Source: Vicugna vicugna (lineage: Eukaryota). From it: DNA of 64,000 nucleotides. The position numbers and the translations under genes are program-made. Location of the stretch: the NCBI GenBank assembly GCA_013265495.1, contig MU058337.1, positions 498,001 to 562,000 of the forward strand. Direction: 5' to 3'. Of this stretch, positions 51,501 through 64,000 are shown piece by piece. How positions within the stretch are numbered: position 1 is the first letter of the stretch; every line of letters starts with the position of its first letter. Under the pieces are notes generated by a model. That model was not told the origin of the DNA, did no database searches, and saw only the letters and a program-made list of their open reading frames with translations.

Positions 51501-52259
51501 GGTTGTTTTAAAGGAAACGGGAGTTTCTTTACCTTTTCTCTCGCTCTCCACTTTGCTACCTGGCAGGCAAGTGTGATCTCCTCCAGCTCCAGCAGGCACC
51601 CCGAACCTTCAAGAGGGAAGTCTGTTTCCCCAATGGTGGTTTACCCAGCAGACCTGATGAGTATGTGGAGTCACTACACCCAAGTGAACCACCTGGTGCC
51701 AAGGTTTTTCCTTTTTAAAGTGAGAAAAAAGAACTTCTTGCTTAAAATCACTATTATTTGGAATTTTATGATTACATGTCTGAAAAAAAATATATATGGC
51801 AGTGACATCACTAAAGAGCTTTATCAATTGTGCTCATTTCTTTTAGTTTCTTTATGCTTAGATCTTAAGTGTAAGATCAATCTGTAGATCTCATTTTATC
51901 TACACAAGATCATAGGAGGCCCACAGTATATACCTATTTTAGAGTATTTGTGTTTGTTTTTGTCTTTGTCTATTAAAGGGAGGGAGATACAAGTTTAAAT
52001 GCAAACAGAATATAATATGCTATATACCATGTCACCCCTTTAAATTAAACACTGCATATTCTTAAAATTATACATAACACATTAAAAATAATGGCCTTTC
52101 ACCGTCAGTATTTTTTCCGTTTAGTCCTTGTCTTCCAAATTTATTCCTTGTCTTCCAATATTTTTTATGGATCATGAAGATCCCCAATCTAAAATGTAAC
52201 TGCCATTTGAGATATATCTTTGTCTTAAGCGTGCACACATTGTTACAGGGTGGACCCCC

Positions 52260-52458
52260 AGAGCTGGGCATCCAGCTCTGCTGCTTTCTAGTTCTGTGAC
52301 CTGAGGTGAGTTTCTTCAACTTTCTCTCCTTTAGTTTACTCGTGGGTAAAATGGAGAATAGTGAACCTTACCTGAGAGAGTGAGTTGAGTTATTATATGG
52401 AAAGTGTTTGCCTGGTACTTGGCACCAGTAAATACTATCGAGTGATCAGCAATTATTG
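52260..52458 (+). mobile_element. MIR SINE
   Basis: ATCCAGCTCTGCTGCTTTCTAGTTCTGTGACCTGAGGTGAGTTTCTTCAACTTTCT..TAGTTTACTCG..GTAAAATGGAGAATAGTG..CTTGGCAC. Confidence 0.8.
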
Positions 52459-55400
52459 TAGTGGCGACCCTTTCACGGTAAGCTATGGAGTTTAGACTCC
52501 ATCCGTGTATAAAATAGCGAACAATTCCAACTGGAAGCAGCAGCCTATTAATGAGGAAACTGGGATTTTAGTTTGCTTAAAAAGATTGGAGTCTGGAAGG
52601 TGGATTAAGACAAGGGTAAAACAGAGATGTTGGATCATCACTGAAATAACAGCAGTGCCTATGCAGGGTGACCAGAGTAAGAGCGCTGAGACCACCTTCG
52701 TCTTCACGGCCTGAGAATTGGGCTCAGCACTAAATCAGCCAGGCCAGCTAGATCGCACCCCTTTACCCGCCGTCTCACTACAAGTCAGGTTATTCTCTCA
52801 GGAGAATGGCAATTGTTAACTTACACTGGGGTGGTGGAGGTCATCATTGTCTCACTCCCTGAAAGGGTAGGGCCCCCAGTCAAACACAGAATTGGAACCT
52901 GAATTTTGCAGTTAAAATGAAAAGGTACCTGCAGCTTCCTGTGGGGGAAGCATCCACGTCTCTCTCTGCGAGGCAGTGCTTTTAATTCCTCGCTTGCCAG
53001 AACATAATAATTACTCACCAGTAAGATGTGATGGAAGAGGATTTGTTTTCGTTTAATGACTTTCATACTCAAAACATCCCCAAATTCCTTGCAGATGAGT
53101 GATTGAAGAGCTCCGTGTCACCCACCCACCTGCTCAGGAATAACTGGAACCTCTAACAGCCTGTATCTTTTTAAGCCAAGTGAGATCACAAGAGGGGAAG
53201 ACTAGAGTGGAGGTGTGTTTGCATGAATTTAAATGATAGCTCGAATAAAACAGATCTCTAAAGCGCTTCTTAACACTCTTGCTGTCTTCGTTGTTACTGC
53301 TAAGCCTTCTTTAATCAATTATCCAGCCTGGATGCGTATTCCTGCAAGCATGCTTCCCACCAGTTAGCTGTTATGTGCGACATCTTTAAGAAATGTGTCC
53401 CCAAGCCCCCTTTGAATAGGAAAAAACAACGTAATTTCCTAATGTAGGATGCTCTGTACAGTGTAAGCAATTACAGAAAAAAGAATACTGGAGCTAAAAA
53501 GGAAAAATAGAAACATTCAATGTCACTTTATTTTATTGCTTAAGGAAAGAGTCGTGCAAGGTGGTGCTTCTTGTGCTGTGTAAGTGAACCGGCTGGGGAT
53601 CCTGGTTCCCTAAACGGGACAGGTTCTGAGAGTGCATTTCTGTGAAGCCCAGGCGCTCCTGCTGATGCTGGCTTTTCGGCTGCACTCAGAGTGGCAGGCT
53701 TCTGTGGTATAAAGGCGTAGTTTGTTAGTAGACGTGAGAAAGGGTCAAGGACAAGCCCTCAGAGCCGTGTTATTTCGTGAATGGATCTTGTGCTTGGCTC
53801 ACTGGGCTTCCAGCATCTAGAAGTTGTCTGAACAGAAGTCGCAGCCCCTTCTACTCACACTCCGAGCACCTTATCGAGATACCAAACCAGAACACGTTTC
53901 TGAAGCACCGTGTGTCTAACATGAGTTTTTGAGTCTGCATCATCTAATGATGGATGCTCCCTTGTCAGTCAGTTATGACTGCTTTCTCTCAGAGAAGCCT
54001 CTGTGAAATGATCTTCGAGGTTTTCAGGGTATCTTTTTTTTTAACAGAAAGAACTGGTAAAGTATAATTTCCGTTCATCATTCTCATCAAATGTCTTTTC
54101 TGAAACCCGGGTGGTGCTGTGAAGTGCTATATCGAGAAAGTGAAAGCAGATGTCATGCTGACTCCTGGGAGAGTCTGTGCAGCTGGTGGGGCATTCCGGG
54201 TCCCGGAACCCTCCCCAGACTGTTTCAGGTCATTTGAATTGCTCAAGCTTTGATACCTCTCTGCGCTCTCAGCATCTCCCCTCTATTTTCAGGACCCATT
54301 CTCTGCAACATCCTCTGTACTTACAGAACCCATCCCAAATCCCTCCAGAAGGTAGATACCTGAGGGAACTGTGGAGGTGCATTTGATGGTGGGGGCAGAG
54401 GCCCTTTATTGCTGCAAAGGGTTTATCATGGTAGCGACATATTTCTTCCTTCAATAAATCAAACCTGAAGCTTTGAGACTGTTGTCTGCTGCTCTGTCTC
54501 ATCCTCTCTAAGCACCAGCCCCCAGTGCTTCCACATGGGAGATGCTCTTTGAGACTGATGAGCTTATGAAAGGGCTGTGAACAACATCTCCTAGTGTAAG
54601 CAGCATTCATGGTGTGCTTTACCATTTACAAAGCTTTTTGCATAAACTGCCTCAACAACCGATGTAATACAACTCCCTGAGGTCACTTAGCTAGTGAGGA
54701 TTTTAAAGGAATCCTGAAGCCCAGTCAGAGCTTTCATTGCTAGGAAAATGCAGTTAAATACCCTTCAAATATAGGTAGTATTTAACCCGAGATATTATGG
54801 AATCCTAGTTTTCTGCTTTTTAATTGTTATGCTCTACTTCTACTATTTTCCTAATTGAAACTATAATTTTGTTAAAAAATTAAAAATACCACTTCATGAG
54901 CAAGTATGCTAAGTCATTTTTTCAGAGAGATTTCTCATTCTTGATAATGGCCTTTATTGACATATTTAATTAGAAAACAACACTATTAAATGTTAATGTT
55001 CAACTGCTTTTCCTTCAAGGTACGTTATACTTTCCTAAGTACTTTTTGTAGCAAACATAAATAATTCGATAGTTTCGTAAGCGAAATGTTTCCTAAAACT
55101 TACATTAAGAATTGCTTCTGTGCTGTGCTTAAAGTTGGGCTGGCTGTCTGTGCCACTGCCCAGATTCCAATTGTTGTGATGATTAAAATAAGAATGTACA
55201 GCCCACAGCCCAGTGGAGAGCAAGCATCACTGAATGCTAGCTCTTAGTTAACATTGTCATTTCACATGTTTTATGTCACACATTATTTCTATACTTCAGA
55301 ACTGTTGTTAATAACGAGCTAAGTCCTCAGTCACTGGTTTGCCCATTGACCTTGTGCCTGCTCCTAAGTTTACTCGAATGGGCTAACTGTATAGTTTTTT

Positions 55401-56884
55401 GTTTTCCATGGTCTCAAAACCGGTGTCATGAAAGACCCAGAGACAAATGTCCCTGGACCTCTCATCCTCAGGACAGAATCAGCTGAGGGGAAGGGACAAT
55501 CCCAAAGTTAGGTTTATTCTTCCTGTTTTTGGGGAAGTGAGTGGGGGGGGTGAAATGGCCCTCTTAATTAATTAATCACCATCATTTGTAAGAGCTTTCA
55601 CAGTGCAGAAAGTTAAGAGGGGAAAAAGAGAGGCTGATCTGCCTGTCTACTGCTCAGGGGGAAAAATTGATGACATGGGTAAAGACATTTTTAAAGGCTT
55701 TTATTTTCTGTGTATCTTGGCATAGGAAGACGTTTCCACGGCCGTTTTACATGTGAACTTGTGCTTCTGTGTCCTTCACTTTTAACCTGACACCATTATC
55801 TTGACAACCATCTTGTAAATAGGTACCATGGTACATCAAAGAGAAAACATAAGTAATTAAGTAGTAGTTAACCCTACCTCAGACATCATGGACAATATAT
55901 GATCATATATTTCCACGAAGAAAGAAACAGAAGAGAAAGGAAGGTAAAAGGAAGGTAAAAGGAAGGAAGATACATATGTATATACACATGACTGCTGTGT
56001 GTTCTAAACTTAGTCCTTAAAGGCTGTCATTTATGGCATATCTCCTGTCTTTCTTCCTCGGTGCCATTTGGTGTCATATTAAACCTGGAATTAGTTTGGT
56101 GTTCTTGTCTTGTTTCCTTAGGAACATTTCTGACTGATCCGTTATACAGGAAATTAGCATCCCACAGTTAGGAAAGTAGCGTTACAGATGAATAGTGTTT
56201 TGACAGAATTTTTCAAAGTTAAATTGCATGCCATACCTTAGCAAGGCTGAACTATCTGAATGTATATGTTCCTGAAAGAGTTATCTTTATCCTCCAAATA
56301 GGGGATATGAGAACGGGAAATGATGCCATTTTTTCTTATCAAAAACTGGAGAGCAGAGCTTTTCTCCAGACAAATTGATCCAGCTGTCTGGGGTAACATT
56401 TAGACACGAGATTCAGAATCTTTTTAATTACACTCGTTAATTGTTTACCCAGCTAGTGCATCATTAATTGCCACCCTTGTTGGACCAGTACCCTGATGAC
56501 TAGCATCTCACAGCTTGGCTGATAAGTAGGGGATGATTCATTGCATTTCCCCCTACTCTCTTGACACCAATGGTAAGAGCTTTACTGTTATTAAAAAATA
56601 GGTAAAAAAATTCAGTCTCATGCTCTCTGACTCAGCTATGAAACAAACATGGTCTAATTTAGCATCAGGTTTGAAATTTCTTTCTCACAATTGCCAGAGT
56701 TTATATATATGTCAGTGAGTGGCATTGTTAAATATAAAAGACAGCTATCTTAACTATGCAAGCTAATGAAAATTTAAATATTATTATGAGAAGAAAGTAA
56801 AATGATGTCATGGAATAATCACTTTTCATGGGAAGCACTATGATGGCAGATAACAGAGGGGTCAGAAATCTTAGTTTTCGTTTT

Positions 56885-57337
56885 TCTTAATTTTTTTTAT
56901 TGTGATAAGAACACTTTATATGAGATTTATCCTCTTGAAATTTTAAGTGCCCAGTGAAGTGTTGGCAAACATAAGCAGCGGGCTATCCTGCCGACCTCCA
57001 GCACTTCCTCATCTGTGCAGCTGAGCCTCCATATCCCTCGGCCAGCCACTCCTCATCTTCTTCTTCCCCAGCCGCCGGTAACCGCCATGCTACCCTGTGC
57101 AAGCCTGACTGTTTTACATACCTTTATCCAGTGAGAGTATTTGTCCTTCTATGTCTTGCTTATCTCATGAAGCATAATGTCCCTCAGGTTCACATCCATA
57201 TTATCCCATATGGCAGAATTTCCTTCTTTCTTAAGGCTGAGTAATATTCCACTGTGTATATGTGTATATGCAAGATTTTCTTTAATGTTATATGCCCCAT
57301 TTTCTTTATTCATTCATCCAGCAATGGACATTTAGTT
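56885..57337 (-). mobile_element. L1MA/L1MB-class 3' end
   Basis: T-tail, GATAAGAACACTT..ATGAGATTTATCCTCTT, GTATTTGTCCTTCT..AGCATAATGTCC..GGCAGAATTTCCTTCTTTCTTAAGGCTGAGTAATATTCCACTGTG..ATGGACATTTAG. Confidence 0.88.
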
Positions 57338-57645
57338 ACAGGAATCTTGGCTTTCCTTTTGACACTTTCACTAATTGATTGAAAAATTTTTGACTCATTG
57401 TTTAATCTTGTAATCCTCCATTGCTTTCCTATGTAAAGTATCTTATTTTTAACACCTTTCCATCTGAGAGGATTATGAGGGTGAGCAGTGACAATTGAAT
57501 ATGAGGAAAAATAGAGTTAAATATGGCACACAAGAAAAGCTAAATAAATTTGATAGTTCATCATGATTGGGAGACTGTAATGTAGAAGTTCAGTTTTAAC
57601 AATAAAAGTAAGCAGTACAATAAGAGAACTAGCCAGAATAGTCAT

Positions 57646-57664
57646 ACACACACACACACACACA
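57646..57664 (+). repeat. (AC)n microsatellite
   Basis: Read directly from the sequence. Confidence 0.9.
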
Positions 57665-57819
57665 AAATCTGTAAGAGGAGAAAAAAAGGAAAAGGTGACT
57701 GTTCATCCAACTAATAATACACAGTGTACAGCAGAGTGCTTATTTTGAACCTGATAGAAAATTATACCAATAACATTTATATTTGTACTCAAAAAACATA
57801 TCTGTCTTCCTAAGGCCAA

Positions 57820-57955
57820 AAGTGTCAAGTTCATAGAGACAGAAAATATAAATAGCGGTTGCCAGGGGCTGGAAGGAGCAGAGAATGGGGACTTTGTGTT
57901 TAATGGGTATGGAGTTTCAGTTTGGGAAGACAGGTATTTTGGTGTGCACGGTGTA
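57820..57955 (+). mobile_element. L1MB-class 3'UTR fragment
   Basis: TTCATAGAGACAGAAA..GGTTGCCAGGGGCTGG..GAATGGGGA..TTTAATGGGTATGGAGTTTCAGTTTGGGAAGA. Confidence 0.85.
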
Positions 57956-60324
57956 AACTGCCCATCTTCCAATCTGCAGACCACACAGTGAGTCAGACTG
58001 CTTTAAACACACTACAGGAGTGGGTAGAAAGGGGAGTGCAGCCGGTGCCAGTGAATCAACGCGGTGTCAGTGTGGTTCTCCTGCTTCTGTGTTGGGGGTA
58101 GTGATAGCTTTCTTGGGATCATTTAAATGGAGTCTTCTGCAGGTTGGGCTTGGGGTAGGTTGTCAAACTACTGTGTTCCTTCCTGCTAAGCCTCACGTGA
58201 CTTCCTGTCCTTCTCAACACAGTGACACTATGGTCTGAAACTATGCACCATCTCTGTTATAGAAGACAATTGCATAAAGAGAAACAATTTATATTTTTGG
58301 CCCCGTATACCCTTCTGTTACAACACAAGTTTTACAGAGTATAGTGAATTAGTGATTTCAAAAAGTATGTACATGGAAACTTCACTGATGGGCAAAAACA
58401 TGTAAATCTGTTAGGATGTGTCTTGCCAGCAAAGGTTCAGACATGAGTCAGCTCATGATCTTATTTTCATAGTTTATTCTGACACAATGATAATACTTTG
58501 GCACACAATTAATACAGTTATCTTAGTTTTTATTAGAATTAATTACTATGATATCAAAATGCAACAAAGAGGTTCTGTTCATAACATGACCTCTTAAATG
58601 TCAGTGCTTTTGTCTGAAAGTATTTGACAGCCTGATTGTATGAAACCACTGCTAAGAAAACAAATGACTTGGGTGCTGAAAGTTATTTCCATCCTATTGC
58701 GGGTGTATATTATGTCAACATTGAAATGTCAGGTTCAACGCTTTATTTTTGGTCTAACAAATTTCTGAAGTATGCGTGCGATGGGATACACTTTATCAGA
58801 GCCACAGGCTGGGCTTTGACTAACCGACTCTGTTAGAAGCAGATCAGTCGCTGTTTATCATCATCTTCGTGTGAGGTAAAGATGGGAGCTGCATGCAGGG
58901 GAGGCGTTTTCCTTTCGCCTCCACGTCGTCCTGCCGTCTCCCAAAGGCCTGTCTCGTCCTTGCGTAAGTAGTCATGGGAAGTCTCCACTCTCCACTTTTG
59001 CTCATTTGACCAGCCACAGACTCACCTGCAGAGACAGGCTGGGCATCACTGTGCTCCAGTCACCTCTGAAAACTTCTCAGTTGAGACAGTGGATACAGGT
59101 GTACTGAACCTTGGACCAGAAAAAGGCAGTGCACATAACCTCACTGCTTAGAGAAATGTCTTTGTCCAGGTAATGGTACAGCTATATCCAAAGCGGTGAA
59201 ATTGGTACCATCCCTCCACGCAGATCTGAAGCCGCATCCCTGTGCGTATAGACTGAGTTACTAGTTACCAAGTGAAAATATGAATTCCTGTATGTCTTGT
59301 ACCATTTTTTAATAGGTGACCAATTGTCAGGCCATTACGATTTTATCTGCTTCCCCAAGCAGAAGTAAATCTCTGAAAAGAGATACTGGACTGGAAATCA
59401 TGTTTGTTGTTAGTGGAGATTGTGTGTGTGTGTGTGTTCTGATTGAATTTAGTGTAAATTCACTACATATTTTGAATTTCCTCATAGTACCCCTTTGGGG
59501 GGAAAAATTCTCTGATTCAACTCTCAGAAAAAAACGCTTTACTTTCTGAGTAATTTGATTTAATCAAACGAGATCAGATGGGTTGTAGACTAACGTTCTG
59601 CGCACAGTGATGTATGCAGGTGCAGGTGCTGCCTGGAGCCTGACCTGAGGCCTCCCCTACCCCCGCACTCCCTGCTGTGACTGCAGATGAGAACCACAGG
59701 CAAGGACATGAATATGGGCAGTATAATAATAACAAAATTTGGAATGCAAACGATACTAAGGGGAGCCTTAATTCTAATTACTCATAAAAACCTTTCAAAA
59801 AGAAAGATAAGATTGTGTAGTTTATTAAAAGCACTATCAGCATTTTAAGACTAAGCTGAAAATTGCCCAAATGAGAAATAATGTGAAATCTAATTCACAG
59901 GTCAATTCAGTTTGCAGGGACACTGTGAGATCTCTGTCATCTGCTGAGTGCCCAGTGATGTGCGTACACGTTGGCCTGGCGGCCTAAACGGCAGCAAGGA
60001 GACTCTGACTGAGGGACAAAAACACTTCCTCCTCTGCTGCAGCTTTGTTCAGATGATATGTGAGCATGGATATTCCCAGAGAGTTTATCTTTTCTGTGCT
60101 GAAAGACATATTGTTAACTGCCCTTTCCAAAATTCACCCAAGTTCAATTTTTTTTAAACAATAACCAGGATTTATAATTTTTTTCCAATTCACTACTGTG
60201 CTGATAAAGAAAGAAACATCTGATTTATTCCATTTTTGTGTGTCTGTGGAAAATAGAGCAGAGTGTTTATAAATAGAATCTTTTAAAGCATGTATTTGAA
60301 TAAAATTAGACTTGCTTTGCAGGG

Positions 60325-60674
60325 TGTCATAGACTGAATACATGTGTTTCCTCAAAATTTGTATGTTGAAACCTAACTCCCAAGGAGATGGTGTTTGGAG
60401 GTGGAGACTTTGGGGAGTGACTGAGTCACAAGGGTAGAGCCCTCATGAATGCGGTTAGTGTCCTTATAAAAGTGACTGCAGAGCGTTCTCTTGTCCCTTC
60501 TGGACACAGGGAGAGACGGGCACATGAATCAGGAGGCGGGTCCCTGAAAGCACCAGATCTGCCAGGGCCTTGATGTTGGACCTCCCAGGCTCCAGGCCTG
60601 TGAGAAATACATTTTCGTTGTTTGTAAGCCACCCAGTCTGTGGTGGTTTGCTATAGCAGCCTTAATGAAAGACA
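60325..60674 (+). mobile_element. MLT1A0-like MaLR solo LTR
   Basis: TG..CA ends; CAAAATTTGTATGTTGAAACCTAAC..GAGCCCTCATGAATG..CCTTATAAAAG..CCTTGATGTTGGAC..GTGAGAAATA..TAAGCCACCCAGTCT..TATAGCAGCC. Confidence 0.9.
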
Positions 60675-61444
60675 ACACAGAACAAAGATTATGTTGGCAA
60701 ATAAGTATAAACACAAGCAAAAAGTGTGGAGAGTAGCTAATTAAAAGTAAATGGAGTGAACTGGTCTAGAGGCGAATGACGCTTGCTGGCCTGGGAAAGT
60801 GGGTTTTGGCAGCTGAGTTCTGATGCTTCCTTATGCCAGGGATCCTTGCGGGAAGACGCTGGGTTGAGTTCCTGGGAGCAGATCTGTTGTCAGTGATTCT
60901 GCAGCAAACTCTCTGACTCTGACAAATGTTACTCCTGGGTGCCTAGGTGGAGTCCTCCTAAAGGAAAGACATAATTCGTTAACATGGAATCCTTATGCTC
61001 CTTTAGCTCAGACAAACTCTCAGCTTGATGAAAAGCAAAGAGGAGAACAGAAGAAAAAAAATGCAGTGTCTGTAAATACAATTAAGACGACTACACGAGC
61101 AGCCCTTTATTTATTAGGAAAACGCCTTAATTCTTGAATAGATACCCTGCAGATATGTATTTATACATCTCTAAGATGAGTCATATAATATTCAATTTGA
61201 TTGGTTAAAACAGGTACATTGCAATATTTGTAGTTTTAGGAGCACATCATAAATCCTAAGGCAATGTCGGAGATTGTGCTCAGCATAAGGTTTATTCCAG
61301 AACATGGTAGAAACTAAATCTTGTAAATAAATGGATTTACATGGATTAGTAGCCTGAGGCATTCTGGTTTGATATGCTAATTTGCTTTCTTTTTTAGTTT
61401 TATTTCCATGTGTGTAAGGTCTTGTTTTTCTCATAAATTTAAGA

Positions 61445-61620
61445 AGATTGAATACCTACTATGTGTCAGGCAAGGCACAAAGCCCACTGCATTTTTTTCC
61501 AACAACCCTTTGAGACTTTTGATGCCAGTTATTCCAATGAGAAAACTGAGGCTGGAGAGTTAAGTGTGTTTTTCCCAAAGTCACATTAACAATAAGGTGG
61601 AGCAGAACCTCCTGTCCAGA
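61445..61620 (-). mobile_element. MIR SINE
   Basis: TTGAATACCTACTATGTGTCAGGCA..AACAACCCTTTGAG..ATGAGAAAACTGAGGCTGGAGAGTTAAG..CCCAAAGTCACA. Confidence 0.8.
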
Positions 61621-62037
61621 GGGAAACGTCCTCTGGTCTGTGAGCTGACTGTGGTCTTCTCACTCGTCTCCTGTATGATTTGTACAGAAAGTTGCTCCAA
61701 CGTTACCAGTTGCAGTGCTCAGACTTTCCTACCCTTGCTGAAACTGTTTAGAAGCTGCCTTCTCTTTTGATGCAAGGTATTTTTTTCTGCTTCACACTTT
61801 CAGCCTGGAGCACCCTTGGTGTCTTTCTTTTCGCAGAGGACCATTCTAGATGGTGCTTCTTCTCTGCTGTTTCTCGGACATGCTCTTCTGTTTTAAGCAT
61901 GCAGGTATTTTTCCTGCTTTCTCTGTTGTGCCTGGTCCTCATGCTCTGTTTGACGGCTTTTCAGCTGCTGGCGTTCCCCGAGGTGCACTCTCAGCTTGCG
62001 TTGCTGGTTGAGTGGCTTTGCACTCCAGTAGGGGCTG

Positions 62038-62089
62038 CACACACACACACGCACATGCACACACATGCACACACACGCACACATGCACA
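62038..62089 (+). repeat. Degenerate (CA)n repeat
   Basis: CACACACACACACGCACATGCACACACATGCACACACACGCACACATGCACA. Confidence 0.9.
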
Positions 62090-62613
62090 CAGGAGGGATC
62101 TGGGGCGTATACAGGATGGACTAGTTCAGAAAGACCACTTTTCAAGGACCTCAAATGAGTCTTCTCTCTGTCTCTGTCTCTGTCTCTGGCTCTGTCCTTC
62201 CCTCCCGCCCTTCTTCCCTCCCTCTCATTTCCTCAGTCTAAAATACTCTACTCCAGCCTCGGGCAAAATGGCTACATTTAAAACACTATCAGCTGCATGC
62301 ATTTACTCTTTAATGGGTTATACTAGTTGTAGTCAAAACACAGATACATTATTGGACTCTGTTGGAATGGTTACTCCTCACTAAAAAGTTTATGAACTTT
62401 CTTTTCTTTTCATAGTCTTGCAGGGTCAGGAACTGCTTATATGAGTGACAAGGGAAGTCGTTTATTTGTTACAATAATTTACTTTTAATTATCTCTGTAG
62501 CTTTGATTTTTAAGTAATATTTTCAGAAGTTACTCAGTTAATGCTCATTGTGAATTATATATTTAACATGGTACATAAGGAGTGAGGCAAGAGTTCAGAT
62601 AAAGGCAAGAAGG

Positions 62614-62787
62614 TTTTTTTTTTTGACCCCAAACTCCTAATCTGTTTCTTTCCACCTTTACCCATTGGTAACCACAGTTTGTTTTCTATGTCTGTGAGTC
62701 TATTTCTGGTTTGTAAGTAAAACTTGTATTTTTTTAGATTCCACCTATGAGCGACATCATATATTTGTCTTTCTCTGTATAACTTAT
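62614..62787 (-). mobile_element. Artiodactyl-type L1 3'UTR internal fragment with T11 tail
   Basis: CCCAAACTCCTAAT..TTGGTAACCACAGTTTGTTTTCTATGTCTGTGAGTCTATTTCTG..TTTTAGATTCCAC..ATATTTGTCTTTCTCTG. Confidence 0.8.
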
Positions 62788-64000
62788 AAGGAAAGATGAT
62801 TTTGATGAAAGATTATAGATCTAAAGTTTTTAAAAATTAAGGAGCATCAACATTTTTTGATGACATAAGACATTTAATGTTGAAAAATGGAATTTCATTA
62901 ATTAAATAGCATGCTTCTTTTAGGTTTGGTTAAAGACAAGAAATTATCAACAGAGAGAGAAATAAGAAATTATAGTTATAATGCCTTTTAATCATTGGAG
63001 ATATTCCGAAGGAGACCAGTATTCTCATTTTACAGTTGAGAGAGCATCTAGAAGGTAGGTTTTAGGTTGTTTACCACAAAACAACAAAGCTAATGAGAAG
63101 CAAGGGTAGAAATTCTAACTCTTCCCAGCCCAGTTTTACCCTAGGATCTGACAGTTGCATTTTGCTTTTAAGAATCATGAGCTTGCTCTTCTTAGTATTG
63201 CCTCTCCTTTCTAAACATCCAAAGAACTACTGGAATCTAAATGAACAATAAAATAAATAACTGCAGTGTAACTACTAGGTTCGTGGCTTTGGATTATGTC
63301 CTAGTAGTCGGGAGAGGCCGAAAGCAATTTACTACTTTATCTTCTACTTTCATATTTCTGACATTGGCCACTGAAGTGGCAAACTAAAATTCATAAGGGC
63401 AGTGGTGCGAAGCGAGCATGAGTCCTGACTGTAGAGCGATGGCAGGGCCTGATACACACGCTGGAAACGTGTGCACTCACACGGTATCAGGTTCTCATCA
63501 GAAATGAGCTGCCACTGTGGTCCTGGCTTCTCGTCCCAGAACTCTGTGATTCTCAGTATTTATGTATGAAAAATGGAGGAATCCACACATGAAGAATGGA
63601 GTTGAGAAGCAAGCAATTTTCGGTTTGAATCAGTTACTTTAATCCTTTAATCTGGATTACTTCAGGTCAGAATTTCCTGTCCAAGAATATCAGACCCATG
63701 ACTTCTATTCTTCTTTTTATCCTACGTGTGTCCTCAGATCTCAGGAATGTTTCCCTCGGCTTTAGATGAATGGAAAATGAATTCCATTACAGCATTTTCA
63801 ATCCGATGAAGCATCACCCAAAAGGCAAGCCGTTAAGGAAATTATAGGAGAAAAAGGCTTTAAGGCATTTAATCTATTCGCACTTTATTTCATTTATTAC
63901 CTAATCAGTTCACTCATTCAATAAATATTTACTGTATGTCCTTCACTGTTAGGTCTGAAGTCAGAAACAGTTAACTTCGACTTGGTTTCTACTATTAATA

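Larger units (their letters stand above)
25216..64000 (+). other. NALF1: NALF1 intron 1 (5' part)
   Basis: Begins at the GT donor. I found no sequence encoding the expected continuation (IVYKAWLCSQYF..), consistent with the very large first intron of this gene in mammals. Confidence 0.85.

Noticed and set aside
61767..62384. 205-aa hydrophobic ORF with HT repeats
   Set aside because: It spans CA and CT simple repeats and resembles neither NALF1 exon 2 nor any protein I recognise.

Overview
Mammalian genomic DNA, AT-rich and dense in old eutherian repeats (L1, L2, MIR, MLT1 LTRs, MER5/MER20/MER103/Tigger2/Blackjack). The young L1 3' ends and the lack of recognisable Alu, B1/B2, Bov-tA/BovB or PRE1 SINEs suggest a non-ruminant artiodactyl, possibly a camelid (inference). 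The only intact gene is NALF1 (FAM155A, NALCN channel auxiliary factor) on the + strand. It has a CpG-island promoter, a long repeat-rich leader with many uORFs, and coding exon 1 at 24313-25215. The rest of the window is intron 1, and no second exon was seen. The main unexplained signal is a frameshifted PNMA-family (Ty3/Gypsy gag capsid-derived) fossil at about 4187-5323, which the ORF track does not show. Other candidates are a polyalanine uORF over a GCG repeat, a uORF whose stop overlaps the NALF1 start (ATGA), a possible 5'UTR intron, and a possible intronic-polyadenylation isoform. There is also a tailless 5'-only L1 insertion with a TSD and a GC-skewed L1 segment. Repeat names and protein comparisons come from recalled consensus sequences, not from searches, and repeat boundaries are approximate.
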